A stretch of 63,335 bases of DNA, counting the filler, from Octopus bimaculoides (Eukaryota): assembly GCF_001194135.2 (NCBI RefSeq). It is 7 parts of 7 records of this genome, joined end to end, with 100 filler letters (N's around TTAATTAATTAA, not from the genome) between each part and the next. Parts side by side here need not be neighbours in the genome. Positions count along the whole stretch, not along the records: positions 1 to 21,655 come from NC_068989.1; 6 more parts are not named here. The stretch is one strand, 5' to 3'. The first letter of the stretch is position 1, and each line of letters opens with the position of its first letter. The notes under the pieces were generated by a model. It did no database searches. It saw nothing but the letters and a program-made list of their open reading frames with translations, and was not told where the DNA came from. Positions 1 to 13,800 of this stretch are shown here, in pieces. Both the position numbers and the translations under genes were made by a program.

Positions 1-819
1 ATATATATATATATAATGCTTTTAATTTGTATAGCATGATGCAACTGTTTCCTTGATGGTCAATTGTGGAACATCCAATAAAGAATTTACAAATAATTAC
101 AACAGTGAAACGTGCGTAGGAAACAAATGAGATATACTTGTGTTTATCATAATTTCGTATATATGTGTGTGAGAGTGTTTGTGTGTGTATGTATGTATGA
201 ATCTATGTATGTTTGCATGTATGCATTAGAGTAATCGGATTTATCTATTTCTCTTCTTGTCTTTCCATATCTCCTAGAATGTCTGTTGCTACCCTAACTT
301 CTCCGACTTCTCTATCTACATAAATCAAGTCACACGTTCCTTATCCAAAAGAATGCATGTGATTTGTTTGAATGCGTGAACAAGACATATGTATAGCCAA
401 ACGTACGTCAAAAACTGTAAAGATTTCTGTAGCCAGATGCCTTGGCTCGTTGAACTCTATCTTAAGGGTTATTTTCATAAGCATTTTCCTCATTCTTATA
501 ATTTCTATATATTTATATTTAAAAATAAATTTCGTCTGTCATGTGTTATACTTTCCAAATACGTATTCAACTGTGGTTTCACGTCTACATCTGTTCTGCC
601 CTAATTTTTCACCCCAAACGCCTAAGCAATATTGTTTTGATTTACTCGCATCTGGCATTTCATTTGCTTAGCGTTCTTTGACACAGTTCACTTGTTGATA
701 GAATTTTCTTTCATTATTAATAAACATTCTGTTTTGTTTATATTACTTGATCCGATCCACATATCTATTTATTTTCCCTGTCTTCGCCTTAATTCCGTCT
801 ATTTTTTAGTTTGCACCCT

Positions 820-826
820 GTGTGAC

Positions 827-885
<59 letters not shown>

Positions 886-947
886 GATCATCATCATCAT
901 CGTCGTCATCATCATCATCATCGTCATCATCATCATCATTATTATTA

Positions 948-1006
<59 letters not shown>

Positions 1007-1022
1007 GTTATTATTATTATTA
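820..1022. repeat. Compound (ATT)n/(ATC)n microsatellite
   Basis: Read directly from the sequence; produces a spurious poly-Ile ORF. Confidence 0.95.
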
Positions 1023-1371
1023 TTTACGTTGTTGGTTGCTTTGTTTTATACGAGCGGTATTAAGTCTCACCCAGAGAACTCAACTAAGTTGGACATGTTA
1101 CGATAGGCGTTATTTATGATTGACAATGATATATTCTGGGGAAATGAGACCAGATTCTGGTAACTAAGATTCTGTTAAATTTGTAATAGTTTGAATTCGA
1201 AGTACTTGCAAGAGAAACTCGTATGTTATCATCATCATCATCATAATCATTATCAACATTTTTATTACTATTGTTTTAGTATTATTATTATTAACATGTT
1301 ATTAATATTATTATTATTTGTCTATGCATATATGTATATATTTAAGTATCTATTTCATCTTTTTATTTTTT

Positions 1372-1797
1372 TACTTGTTTCGGTCTCATTAGACTGCAGC
1401 CATATTGGAGCACCACCTTGAAGGGTTTAATGGGAAAAACCACTCACACTTATGCGTTTCTTTTTAAGCCCGGCACTTATTCTAGAGATCTCTTTTTGCC
1501 GGACGTCTAAATTTCGGGGCGTAAACAAACCAATACTGGTTGTCAAGGATAGTAGGAGACAAACACACACGCACACACATACATACATACATACATACAT
1601 ACATACATACATACATACATGCATACATACATACATATACGATGGTCTTGTTTCAAGTTTCTTCAAACAGATACAGTCACAAATCTTTGGTCGGCTCAGA
1701 GCTATAGCAGAAGTCATTTGCCTGAGCTGTCATGCTGGGAAATTGAACGCGAAAACGTGTAGTTGAGAAGCAAGCTCCGTACCACGCTGCCATGCGC
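1372..1797 (-). mobile_element. tRNA-derived SINE, family A (internal (CA)/(CATA)n; 3' GCTCCAGCATGGCCGCAGTC-type tail)
   Basis: Shares head, body and tail with the copies at 7195-7556, 20082-20232, 21005-21330, 38158-38552 and 63070-63285. Confidence 0.8.
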
Positions 1798-2489
1798 AAT
1801 TTGACATATATATACATGCATATACATGTATATACATGTATGCAAGTAGGTGTGTACTCACTCACATATATTCGTGCGTTTCGGAAGACACATATTTTTG
1901 TTGATATATGCATTGTGCTTCTACTTTTGCGTGAACAAGTTTGTGTATAAGTGTAGACATGCTGGATGAAACGCACCTATTTTGGCTCATATGAACATCC
2001 GTATATATCTATATTTATGTGTGTGTGCGTGATTGTGTGTTGGTAGGTGTATGTTCGTATGTATCATATATGTTTGTTTGCTTATGTGTATGTCTGCATG
2101 TATTTATGTATGAATGTAGGTATGTATGTCAAGGCATATGACTATTTCTGTTTGTGATTGTACATCATGAAGTAAGATCAGTTATCACGGACATTTCGCA
2201 CGTTTTAACCGGTGTAGAAAATTTCACTGCAGTCTATGATTGTGGCAGAAGAAACACAAAAGAAAATAGGTTTAGTTTCAACGCACCCACCCACAGCTTT
2301 TGAGGTTAACTTCTTCAATTGTCAGGAAATGCAAATAATGTCTCAGGTTTTCCCTAAGCTATACACAATGACTTTTGTTTTTCTACAACAATAATAGCAA
2401 AAATAATGATAATGGTATGATCAGATATCTAAGTTACTCATGAGGCAACGCATTGTTTGAGGGTGTTTTTGTTGTTGCTCTGAGCGGGG

Positions 2490-3305
2490 AGGAATAGTAG
2501 ATTATATCGAACGTTGGATGGTACTTTATAGTATCGACCTGTGAGAGAATTAAAAGCATAGTCGAACTCAATGAGATTTGAACTCAGAATATGACTAAAT
2601 ACCTCAAGACATCTATCAGGTGTGCCATAATTTCTGCCAAATCCCCGCTTGTCAGTAATAACTGTTTCTCCTATAGATACAATGCCTGACATTTTGGGGG
2701 AGATGGTAAGTCGATTACATCGACGTTCAGAGCTCAGCTGGGCCACAAAAGGATGAAAGGCAAAGTCGACCTCGGTGGAATTTGAACTCAAAAAGGAGAG
2801 CCAGATGAAATGCTGCTAAGCATTTTGCCCGGCGCGCTAACGACTTTGCCAGCTCGCTTTCGTAACTAATAATCATTTCTAATATAGGTACAAGGCCTGA
2901 AATTTATGGGTTGAGGCGCAAGTCGATTACATCGACTCCAATCCTCAGCTGTTACTTATTTTACCAACACCGAAAGAATGAAAGGTGGAATTTGAACCTA
3001 AAGGCAGACGAAATGTCGCTAAGCATTTTTACCCGGCGTACTAACGATTTTAGCAGTTTACCACTTTAACTCTTGTCGTGTAATAATGGTTTCAAATTTT
3101 GGCACGAGGCCAGCTAGTTGAGAGGATTGGGTTAAGTTGGTTGCATTGACCCTAGTGCTCAAATAATATGTATTTTATTGATCCCGAAATGAAGAAATGC
3201 AAAGTCGGCCTCGTCGGAATTTGAACTCAGAAGATAAATGACGAACGAAATGCCGCTAAGTATTTAGACTGACGTGCGAACGATTCTGCTAGCTCACCGC
3301 CTTAA
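2490..3305 (-). mobile_element. Four head-to-tail copies of tRNA-derived SINE family B (about 2490-2655, 2690-2860, 2880-3065, 3100-3305)
   Basis: Each carries the reverse of GGCGAGCTGGCAGAATCGTTAGCACGCC...GTTCTGAGTTCAAATTCCGCCGAGGTCGACTTTGCCTTTCATCC. Confidence 0.8.
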
Positions 3306-3638
3306 CTCATCTTAGTTATATTAAAATCTAACGTACGTCTTGGGGTTTGAGTTTTGGTGGAGGTCGTAGCGACCCACGAATTTGATAAGTAGTTTGTTTT
3401 AAAAAAACATGGGAGGATACTTGGTAAAGTCAATGCTGAGTATTTTGTCCGACGCAGTTACTACTCTAATAATATACCAGCCTTAAGGATGATGATAATT
3501 TGAAAAATCGGCGAAAAAGCCATATATTTTTGCTGTAATGTACAGCCGATTATAGTCTCAGCATTAATTCATTATTATTATCACTTGTGATGATCCTATA
3601 GGGCTCTCAAACCACCGCAATTCTGTCTAGTACTCAAT

Positions 3639-3669
<31 letters not shown>

Positions 3670-3710
3670 AGTAGTCACATACATATACTGAAATTACATG
3701 TACATATATG

Positions 3711-3972
3711 TATCGCGTTGGTGAATAAAATTATTGCGGATCTTTTTCAACAAATTTTATTTAACAAAAATAATAAATAACAATATGTCACAAAAATATC
3801 TTTAAATGATTATTCCGGAGCATATTCACTATCTACTTCAATTTCAGCTTCCCATTTGCTTGGCAGACGGTCAGACCGTCATTTAAAGATGTTTTTGTTA
3901 AATATTGTGATTCTTTTTCTTGAATACAATTTGTTGATAAAAAAGCCGCAATAATTATGCACCAATCCAATA
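3711..3972 (-). mobile_element. Mariner-derived MITE / deletion derivative
   Basis: TIRs TATCGCGTTGGTGAATAAAATTATTGCGG and rc TATTGGATTGGTGCATAATTATTGCGG; interior encodes the mariner C-terminus KWEAEIEVDSEYAPE*. Confidence 0.75.
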
Positions 3973-3977
3973 TATAA

Positions 3978-4020
<43 letters not shown>

Positions 4021-4393
4021 CATATATATATAAATATGCTAATATCGGCATGAAACTAATGGTAGCCTTGTTAACCGACAAATATAAAAAATACATTACG
4101 TGTGTGTGTACGTATATGTAGATAGCAATCACACTAAACAATGAAAATAATGTTGTTACATAACTTTAATCAAGGTTACAATCGTTTCGAATATCTAGCG
4201 AGACAGTTTCATCACAATGTTTGTTCGCATAATTAATCAAGTAGTTAATTAATTAATTAATTAATTAATAGGATAATTAGCCTTCAATCATTATCATCAG
4301 ACTCTAAAGTTATTGTATTCTTATACACACACACTCTCTCAGATACATACACACACACGCATATATACATACATATACACGCGCGCACGCGCG

Positions 4394-4436
<43 letters not shown>

Positions 4437-7194
4437 GCGCACCTGAATGTGTTAGTGCTAGTTTATGTCTATGTGTGTGAGTTTTCCTAGTGTGTGTGTG
4501 TGTGTGTTTGCGTGTGTGTATGTGTGCGTGTGAGTATGTATGTGTGTGCGAGCGTGTGCGTGAGCATTTGTGTTATTTATTGGAAACTGTAACTTCATAA
4601 ATCACAATCCTAAAGTTTTTAATCGTCAAACTTTCAAACGTTAAAGAAAAAAAAAACACAAACAGAACATGAAATTTGCTACATGTTGTGCATAGAGAAA
4701 ATTACTGCCTGAACGATACAACGAACGCTGATTGGTTGTCATGGAAAACAAAGAAATATTATAGGTCACCTATGTAATCGTCGTTTGAAAAATGATGGAA
4801 CGTTTGGCACTTACCATGGCAGAGATAATCTATATAAAGCATTTTGTTAGACATAAGAAATTAGTATACATATAAAAAATTATAATTATGTTGGCATTTG
4901 TATGCGTGTAAAATATAATAATACTTCGAGAAAAATCTCTCATAGTCATTGTATGCAAAATTGGCAATAGAAAAAATTATTTTTCAGCTATGGGGAATTT
5001 CGCAGTTTTAATCAACTATTTAGAAGTACCTAAATATGAAATAAAAATTTGGAAAAATGTTTATAGGAAGCAAGATAATTATAACATTTATTTGATATAT
5101 TGGTTTCAAATTTTGAGACAAGTCCAGTAATTTCAGGAGAGTGATAAGTTTATTACATCGACCCCAGTTTTCGACTGTACTTATTTTATTGACCCCGAAA
5201 CATAAAACGCAATGTCGACATCAGCAGTATTTTAACTCAATATTTATTTAATACATTGTCATCACTAATAATATGGCTTGCTCACCCAGTCTGCTTTTAG
5301 GTTAAATCTTCAGTCAGTCTATTTTTCCTAATCTTAAGTTCTAATTTCCCACCACGCCATAAATATTACCCCATCTTCGACAATTCTGCTATTAAGATCT
5401 CGTACTCCACAACTCCGAACTTGCGATCTATAAAAAGGCGCAATGAACGATACATCAGGGCTCCACCCTAAACGATTGATACTAACATTATAAGCTTCGA
5501 GAATCTTACGCGCTTTAACAATGGTGACGTTAGTACCATTGCCCCTAGTACTTGTAAACTGTAACACTTGTGACTACGGTGATGCCCCCTCTCAGCTCCA
5601 TTCTAGAAATGATAACACCTCTGGTCCTAGTGAGTGTATGAACAGGCATAGGATAGGGTAGCCCAGAGGTAGTGGAAAAACTTGTAATTGTTTGGGCTCC
5701 CAATAAGTATCGGGTCATAACCCAAAGCTCCCAACAGGGTGGGGTCTACGTTGGCAGCATTGATTTGAAAATCAATGCCGCTACCGGGCTCACTTGTGCG
5801 CATTCTCAAATAATGCCTCTAAACTCTCCACTTCCTTAGCTACATAATATATACACCACCTCAAGTTCCAGGACACTTCCTATACCTTATGCTGGTCCGT
5901 AGTTTGTGAGGCTACACAGTATAACGCTAATCATCGCGTTTGTAATTTATGTTGCAGGAAATCGCTCGCTATTCTAGGCCAATGGGTTCTCTTCTTGTAT
6001 AAACATAAGTTTCCTTCCGCATTTGCTCATTATTTAAAGTCTTTATAATTTCTCCTAACTGTAGCTAAATCTCTTTACCTATTGAACTATGCAAGCACCA
6101 TTTTACTTTTTCCTTATAAAATATTCTCTTTCTCTCAACTTTTCTCCTCCGTTACAACATCCCAGCTCCACTTCCAGTCTTTTTTCCTGCTCATTTGATA
6201 TTCTTGATTTATAGACAACATATTCCCAATATGAAATAGTGTACATTTAAACACAAGAGAAAACTACCTTAAAAGAAACTGCTTGTAGAAAGTAGTTTTC
6301 TCTTGTTTAAAAGTACACTATTTTATATATATATATATATGGGCGTACATACACTTTGGTCTCTTATATGTAAGTATATATTTATCTAAATCTTGTTCGA
6401 CTCTATTCTTTTATTCTTTCCTTCTTTCTATCAGCCCTTTCACGCTTACTTCGTTCATTCCACTCTTCGTTCTTCCATTCCCCCTCTCTCACATTTAATT
6501 GCCTTCTCTTCATGCTCACTTTCCCTTCTCTTTTCACTTCACTGTGTTCCTGTCATTTTTTCTCACCCCTCCTTATTTCTTCTGTCCCTCTGCCTCTACC
6601 TTTCTCTCTTCTCTCCCCACGTGACTGGTATTCGACCAAGCTTGACCTTTCTTTCTTGGTTCGGCCATGCCCGTGCAACATCTATATTCTTCCTGGTGCC
6701 TGTGAAAACTTGTATTCCTGCCGTAAGGCTTAATTTCCACGCAAGCCAGCTTAAATTAATTCGTCCTTTGTCGGAAGACACCTGTTGTTATGTCCTGTTC
6801 TTTGTATTTGTATAACTTTCTCCGTTTTTTCCGTCCTTGTTTTCGTATACATTCGCTGCTTTCTTCCAAGGAATCTAATGCTCTTAGCTTAGTTTTTCCT
6901 TGGGCCTGGCCAGATTGGAGCAATCTCGAGTATAACCAGCCGAAATTGCAAAGATAATCTGGAACTCGACCGAGGAAAGAAAACTGTAAATNNNNNNNNN
7001 NNNNNNNNNNNNNNNNNNNNNNNNNNNNNNNNNNNNNNNNNNNNNNNNNNNNNNNNNNNNNNNNNNNNNNNNNNNNNNNNNNNNNNNNNNNNNNNNNNNN
7101 NNNNNNNNNNNNNNNNNNNNNNNNNNNNATATATATAAATATATAAAAACTAATCGGTATACAGCACTTACTCGGTATTACCTGTATCCTCCGG

Positions 7195-7556
7195 GCTACT
7201 GCATGACACCTTGGACAAGTGTCTTCTACTATAGCCACGGTCCGACCAAAGCTTTGTGAGTAGACGGATACTGAACGAAGCCGGTCGTATATGTATATAT
7301 ATATGTATGCATGTACATTTGTGTGTGTGTGTTTTTGTGTCTATGCTTGTCTTCCCACTATGGCATGACAACCGATGTCGTCGGTGTGTTTACGTCCCCG
7401 TAATTTAGTGGTTCGGCAACAGAGGCCGATATGATAAGTACTAGGCTTACAAAGAATAAGTCCTGGGGTCGATTTCTTTGACTAAACCCGTTAAGAGGGT
7501 ACTCCAGAATGACCGCAGTCAAATGACTGTAACAAGTAAATGAGCAAAAGAGTAAA
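7195..7556 (+). mobile_element. SINE family A
   Basis: CACCTTGGACAAGTGTCTTCTACTATAGCC...GATAAGTACTAGGCTTACAAAGAATAAGTCCTGGGGTCGAT...CTCCAGAATGACCGCAGTCAAATGACTG. Confidence 0.85.
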
Positions 7557-7632
7557 AGTATATATAAATATATGTGTGTGTGTGTGTGTGTGTGTTTGTG
7601 TGTGTATTTATATATATGTATTTATATATATA

Positions 7633-7735
<103 letters not shown>

Positions 7736-8127
7736 TGGGACAATATATATATAAGAAAAGAAAATGGAGAAACGACAGATAGATCTCAGTTTACTACTAC
7801 ATCTCCAATTGCTAATAGTATCAATTTCTTATAACCTACAATTGTTTCCATGTTCTATTAATTTCAAATTACAAATAAATAACTAAATTAAATTTAGTTA
7901 TTAAATTTATGCATTTTTGAATATTGTTAATTGAACATTTCATCAGGGTTAGAAACCGACATAAAAAAAAAAGAATCACATCTCAGTCGATTGAGTGTTT
8001 ATTGGTAGTCTCAGCATTAAATTCAGATATGTGCGCGTCTGCTTGTGTATATGCAATTTTGTTTTACCATTATTTTCATTTTTATTGTATTTGTGTGCAT
8101 GTTAATATATTTCAAAAACAAAGAAGC

Positions 8128-8556
8128 CGTTAAATGTACCGTAATATACATCTGGAAAATCCTGGAGGAGCTTGTCCCAAACTTTGTCATTAAGTGTTAC
8201 ACTAATGCTAGAGCAGGCACCGCTGCGTAGTGCCAAAGACTCCAACTTTTCCATCTAAATATAGGACAAGGTATTGCAATAGCCTGTGTTTTAGAGGCTC
8301 ACAGCTCTCGAATATCCTCCCGAAGAACCTGAGGGATCTGCATGGGGTAGATGTAGGTGTCTTCAAAAGGAATCTAGATTTCTTACTGACAAGGGTCCCA
8401 GATAAACCAACTTCACAGCAGGAAGTGCACATGAGGGCAGTGATATCAAACTCCTTTAGGCAATAAACATCACGTTCGAAGATGAATTAGTGAAGAAAAA
8501 ATTATGTAGCAACACCAAATGGCGGTGCCCCTGCATGGTTCAATTCAATTCAATTC
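8128..8556 (+). mobile_element. CR1/L2-clade LINE 3' fragment
   Basis: VIYIWKILEELVPNF...PKTPTFPSKYRTRYCNSLCFRGSQLSNILPKNLRDLHGVDVGVFKRNLDFLL..VPD.PT, ending in a short (TTCAA)n tail. Confidence 0.75.
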
Positions 8557-8567
8557 ATACATGTGTG

Positions 8568-8604
<37 letters not shown>

Positions 8605-9489
8605 GTGTGTGACTGAGTAGAGAAACGAAAGAAGGGTACTCAAGGCATGTATTGGGAGTTACATGTATAAATCAAAAGAGTTTGATTCAGACTCCTTGAT
8701 ACTCTGAGTTTCAAGCGTGCGGTTAGTCTTCGGCCATTGGGATCTGAATGAGAGTTCGATTGCAGAGATTCAATGCTTATTACTGGACGTTAGCCTGCGA
8801 GCGGTCGACAAAAGTCCCGCGGTATAGCGGCTTGATGTTGGTATTTCAGCAACAGGAAATCGGCCACGTGGTGAACAGGAAAACGCCGTGTGGTGGTCAA
8901 GAAATCGGTCGTGTGGTTGGGGGAAGTAGGAAGATAAGATAGATGTGGGGGTATATATATGTGTATATGTACATGCATATACCCATATATCTGCGTGTAA
9001 GCATCCGTACTTATACGAGTGAATATGTGTGCTTAAATGTACAATCACACTTCCCTGCGTGCACACACACACACACACACAGAGGCACACACGCAAACAC
9101 ACATGCGCACACATATACACACACGCGTGCACATCTTTATCTCCATGTACATATACACACGAGCACATGCACACGCGCGAGCACACACGATTGTGCACGT
9201 GTACATGCATGCACACGCACGGGTGTATATGCATATTGACGCGCCCGCGTGCACAGACATCCGTCCGCATGCATACAGCAAGCAGATGCAAGCGCATTCT
9301 CGCATATGCACGCGCGCACATATACTCGTGTGGTCATGCACATGGAGGTGTAGTACAAGGGGTGAGAGGATGCGGGTAGAGAAGCATGGAGAAGTGCTGG
9401 GGATTAGTGATTTGCGGTGCTGTTCATGGAAGTAATTTGTGACGGTGACCTTGGTGTCGGCGGCGTTAGAGGCGGCTGGTACTAAGGAG

Positions 9490-10122
9490 GTATTTCAGTG
9501 GCTTGAAATTTACCAGAAAGGTGTACCCCTGGTGAGGGCAATACGACACCTCAAGTTTCTTGTTGATGGATACTGCAGATTGGTAGATGATATGCAGTGT
9601 TTCGCGGAGGCACAGCTGGCAAATAGGGGTACCGGGTTAATATGGTAGCGTCCTGTCGATAATAGTCCACTTGATGCTGCGTGTTTCGTCTGAGAGTTCA
9701 AGAAATCTCCAGAGAAAGTGCGAGAGAAGTGGAGTTCTCCCTGTCCCTGGATCTAATTGAATGCAAGTGCTGGGAATAATTTCCCTTGAAGTCATTGGCT
9801 GTCATGCCTCTGTAGTGCCTAGTAATACCATCGGATAGTGTAGGGGTGGCTCTGTATACCACAGCACTTGAGAGGCAGGATCCTGTTAGAGGGCAGGTGG
9901 TTGGGGTTAGGGAGGTGTGGGTGCGCTTTTACGGCTGTTGATGCGTGCGATGTTAGATGCGATATTGTCTAAGCAAGAGTAGCTTAACTTAACATTATGG
10001 GGGTTGAAGAGTTTGTAATACTTATGGCCTTTAGGAAAATGTTTCTTTATTAACGACAGGAAGCCCTTAGCTATGTTGGTAGATACTTCTATGTTAAATG
10101 AGGTGGGATCATACCAGATTAT
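9490..10122 (-). mobile_element. Penelope-like retroelement fragment (RT C-terminal linker plus GIY-YIG endonuclease)
   Basis: IIWYDP...VSTNIAKGFLSLIKKHFPKGHKYYKLFNPHNVKLSYSCLDN, then CPLTGSCLSSAVVYRAT...YRGMTANDFK...IKWTII...CQLCLRE...CPH. These are Penelope signature motifs, with stops. Confidence 0.85.
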
Positions 10123-12298
10123 ATACACACATATATATATGCACACATATATGTATGTATGTATGTACGCACGTATGTATTTATGTACATATGTATGCAT
10201 AATGGATACAGTGGCATTAGCACACATGGACAATAGAGAAATTTGCAGAAGAAACATACATGCTCAAATATGATACCCTCATCAGCCGTCAATTGGAGAA
10301 TCATCACAATTTTGACCTGTCAGAGAGCTGTAGAGATTTTCACTCAGCAACTGATGAAGGAATTTGACTTATGGACGTTTGCTTGTGCTGCAAATTCCTT
10401 TGCTTTCTCTGCCTGCTACTTTCTCTAACATTTTTTGTAATGCAACATAGTTTTCCTTACACACAGACACACAGACACATACACACACACGCACGCACGC
10501 ACACACAGACACAATCGTACATTCACACGCAACTTCGTGCACACACACATACATATATATAAATAAATAAATGCTTTATATATTTACATTCATGTAAATG
10601 TATGCATATATGCATACACAGATATATACAAACGCAGACATACACACGAACACACTTACATATACATACATAAATACATACGTGTGCGTAGAAAAAACGC
10701 GTTTTGTGTGGTCGACCCAAAACAAAGAGATTGTAGTGTGTTAGAAACTGTACTTTGGACACAGATTTTTATCTTTTCTTAACTAACAAAACAAAGAATC
10801 ACAGCGCTTTGTTTGTCTTTATTCCGTTTTTCTCTTTTGACAGATTTGTAGTTTAGGCGCTGCTGGTGATGTTGGTTTTGTTGTTGTTGATGGTGTTGTT
10901 GTTGGTGGTGGTGGTGGTGGTGGTGGTGGTGGTGTTGTGATTGCGGTGTTCCAATTTCGCTTCGTTTCGGTTCAGTTTATTATTGTTTATGTAATAGCTT
11001 TAATTNNNNNNNNNNNNNNNNNNNNNNNNNNNNNNNNNNNNNNNNNNNNNNNNNNNNNNNNNNNNNNNNNNNNNNNNNNNNNNNNNNNNNNNNNNNNNNN
11101 NNNNNNNNNNNNNNNNNNNNNNNNNNNNNNNNNNNNNNNNNNNNNNNNNNNNNNNNNNNNNNNNNNNNNNNNNNNNNNNNNNNNNNNNNNNNNNNNNNNN
11201 NNNNNNNNNNNNNNNNNNNNNNNNNNNNNNNNNNNNNNNNNNNNNNNNNNNNNNNNNNNNNNNNNNNNNNNNNNNNNNNNNNNNNNNNNNNNNNNNNNNN
11301 NNNNNNNNNNNNNNNNNNNNNNNNNNNNNNNNNNNNNNNNNNNNNNNNNNNNNNNNNNNNNNNNNNNNNNNNNNNNNNNNNNNNNNNNNNNNNNNNNNNN
11401 NNNNNNNNNNNNNNNNNNNNNNNNNNNNNNNNNNNNNNNNNNNNNNNNNNNNNNNNNNNNNNNNNNNNNNNNNNNNNNNNNNNNNNNNNNNNNNNNNNNN
11501 NNNNNNNNNNNNNNNNNNNNNNNNNNNNNNNNNNNNNNNNNNNNNNNNNNNNNNNNNNNNNNNNNNNNNNNNNNNNNNNNNNNNNNNNNNNNNNNNNNNN
11601 NNNNNNNNNNNNNNNNNNNNNNNNNNNNNNNNNNNNNNNNNNNNNNNNNNNNNNNNNNNNNNNNNNNNNNNNNNNNNNNNNNNATATATATATATATATA
11701 CATATATATGAGCATATGCGTAAATACGTGTGAGATTCTTGGCCTGTATTATTCTACGAGAGACGCGCATTTGCTTCTAGTAATGTACGTGTGTATATGT
11801 ATGTGTATATGTTTATATATATGTATGCACGTATATATATATATGTATATATACACACACACATACACATATATATATGCATACATACATATATGTGTGT
11901 GTGTGTGCGTGTGTGTGTGTGTGTGTGTGTGCGCGTGTGTGTGTGTGTGTGTCTGCATGTATTTATACATATATTATAAACAGCCATTTAAATGTGCATT
12001 CACAAACAGATAGCAATTGAAAGTATGGACATATATGTGTGCGCTGTGTGTACGTGTGTTTGTAGTGAGTTTGTATGTACATATGTACATGCGTGTATGA
12101 TCAGTCACGTACAATTTCTAAGCATATACTTTTATAAACATGAACACACTTGAATGGTTAAATATATACCAATGTTAATGTATATTTCGTATACATGTGA
12201 CCAGAAAAAGTTAGTACACGTATATACTTATGACATAATTGAAAACATACATATACACAATGGGCATGTGTTTACATACACACACACATATATATATG

Positions 12299-12339
<41 letters not shown>

Positions 12340-13539
12340 ACTCAGGAACACACACCTATACACTCACACATAGGAATATATTGTCTCAACAGATTTTTAC
12401 AAAATATATATCTGCATTTGCGTATATGTGTGCGCGTCTGTGTGTGTTCTGTGAGTGCGTGTGTGTATGTATGTGTGCATATATATATACACACGCATAT
12501 ATCTATCTATCTTTATATATATATATATATATATATACATACCAATATATGCATGTATATATGTATATATATATATATAGCAATAGAGAGATAGGTGTAT
12601 GTATGTATAAATACATATAAGTATCTTCACATAACCACAGACTCACACAAACACATACATACATACATACATACATACATACATACACAGACATTTTTAT
12701 AAGTGACATGCATATTATCATTTCCTTCTCGCATCTCCCTCCTACCTCTTTAAATACCTCTTTAAATATATGTGTGTGCACGAACATTTATTTGTTTAAA
12801 GCTCTATGTTATTGTACGTACATATATCTTTATCTCTATCTATCCATCTATATGTATGTGTGTATGTGTGTGTGTGTATGTGTGTGTGTGTATGTATGCC
12901 GTGTATATTGGTATATATGCATGTGTGGGTACTGGAGTGTGTGATTTCATCTTTACATGTATGTGAGTGTGTGACTGAGAAAGTGTTTGTGTGTTGTGTG
13001 TTGGTTTGTGTGTTTGTATAAGTAATGTTTAATGTAATATACATACTGCTTGTCTGTTTTAAATGTCTTTCAAAACAATTGCCTTTGCTTTCATGTAAAA
13101 ATATTCTATACAAAATGGTCACCTGTAGCTTAGAGGAAGTGAAGCGGAGCGGAGTGCGATTGAAACATCAGCTCAGGATTTGCATAGACTGTTCTATTAT
13201 TTTTAAAATATCATTAAACATGCTGCAAGGTCAGATTTGTTGCTCGACATATACAAAAGAAAACGTTTCAGATACCAGTTCGAGGACAGATAAGAAACTG
13301 AAAGACAACATTTTATGCTTTCTTGCTAACAGTTTCTTATGTTATCAGCAATTATCTATTTATTTATTTTATTATAATTTTTTTTTTTTTTTTTAGAAAC
13401 TAAGCAGCGAATTGACAGAGTTCTCAGAAGCCTGGACTAAGTGGTTTGCATTATATATTCCGGCGTTTTGTGTTGAGTTCGAATTTCACGGAGGTCGACT
13501 TCACTTTTTACCCTTGCTAAGCCGATAAAATAAATTAGT

Positions 13540-13800
13540 AGTGTGGTGGTTAGGATGCTGCACTCACGCTCGCTAGATCGTGGTTTCGATTCCCGTACCA
13601 TGGTGGGAAGATGCGTTATGTTCTTGAGCAAAACATTTCAATTTCATGTTGTGCTAGTTAACTCAGCAGTAAATGGGTAACCACGTGACGGATGGAAATG
13701 TTGCGATCCTGGTTATTTGTACATTATAGAAAGCTGGGTAATCGACCCTATGAGGCCAAGAACCGAAGCGGTAATGTCCAGAAGATAATGATGAAGATGA
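13540..13800 (+). mobile_element. tRNA-derived CORE-like SINE (family D)
   Basis: TAGTGTGGTGGTTAGG (A box) ... GGTTTCGATTCCC (B box), then GTTCTTGAGCAAAACATTTC...CTCAGCAGTAAATGGGTA core-like segment and a (GAT)n tail. Confidence 0.6.

Noticed and set aside
8695-8740. Minus-strand CCGAAGA...GAAAC-TCAGA-GTA hammerhead-like trace near the Penelope fragment
   Set aside because: The CUGA box is mutated and there is no convincing stem I or II; too degenerate to call, though it may be an old remnant.
8985-9345. Long CpG-containing alternating purine-pyrimidine tract (Z-DNA potential); also (CG)n runs at 35093 and 58787
   Set aside because: This is a degenerate (CA)n/(CG)n microsatellite typical of the whole window, with no evidence of a specific role.
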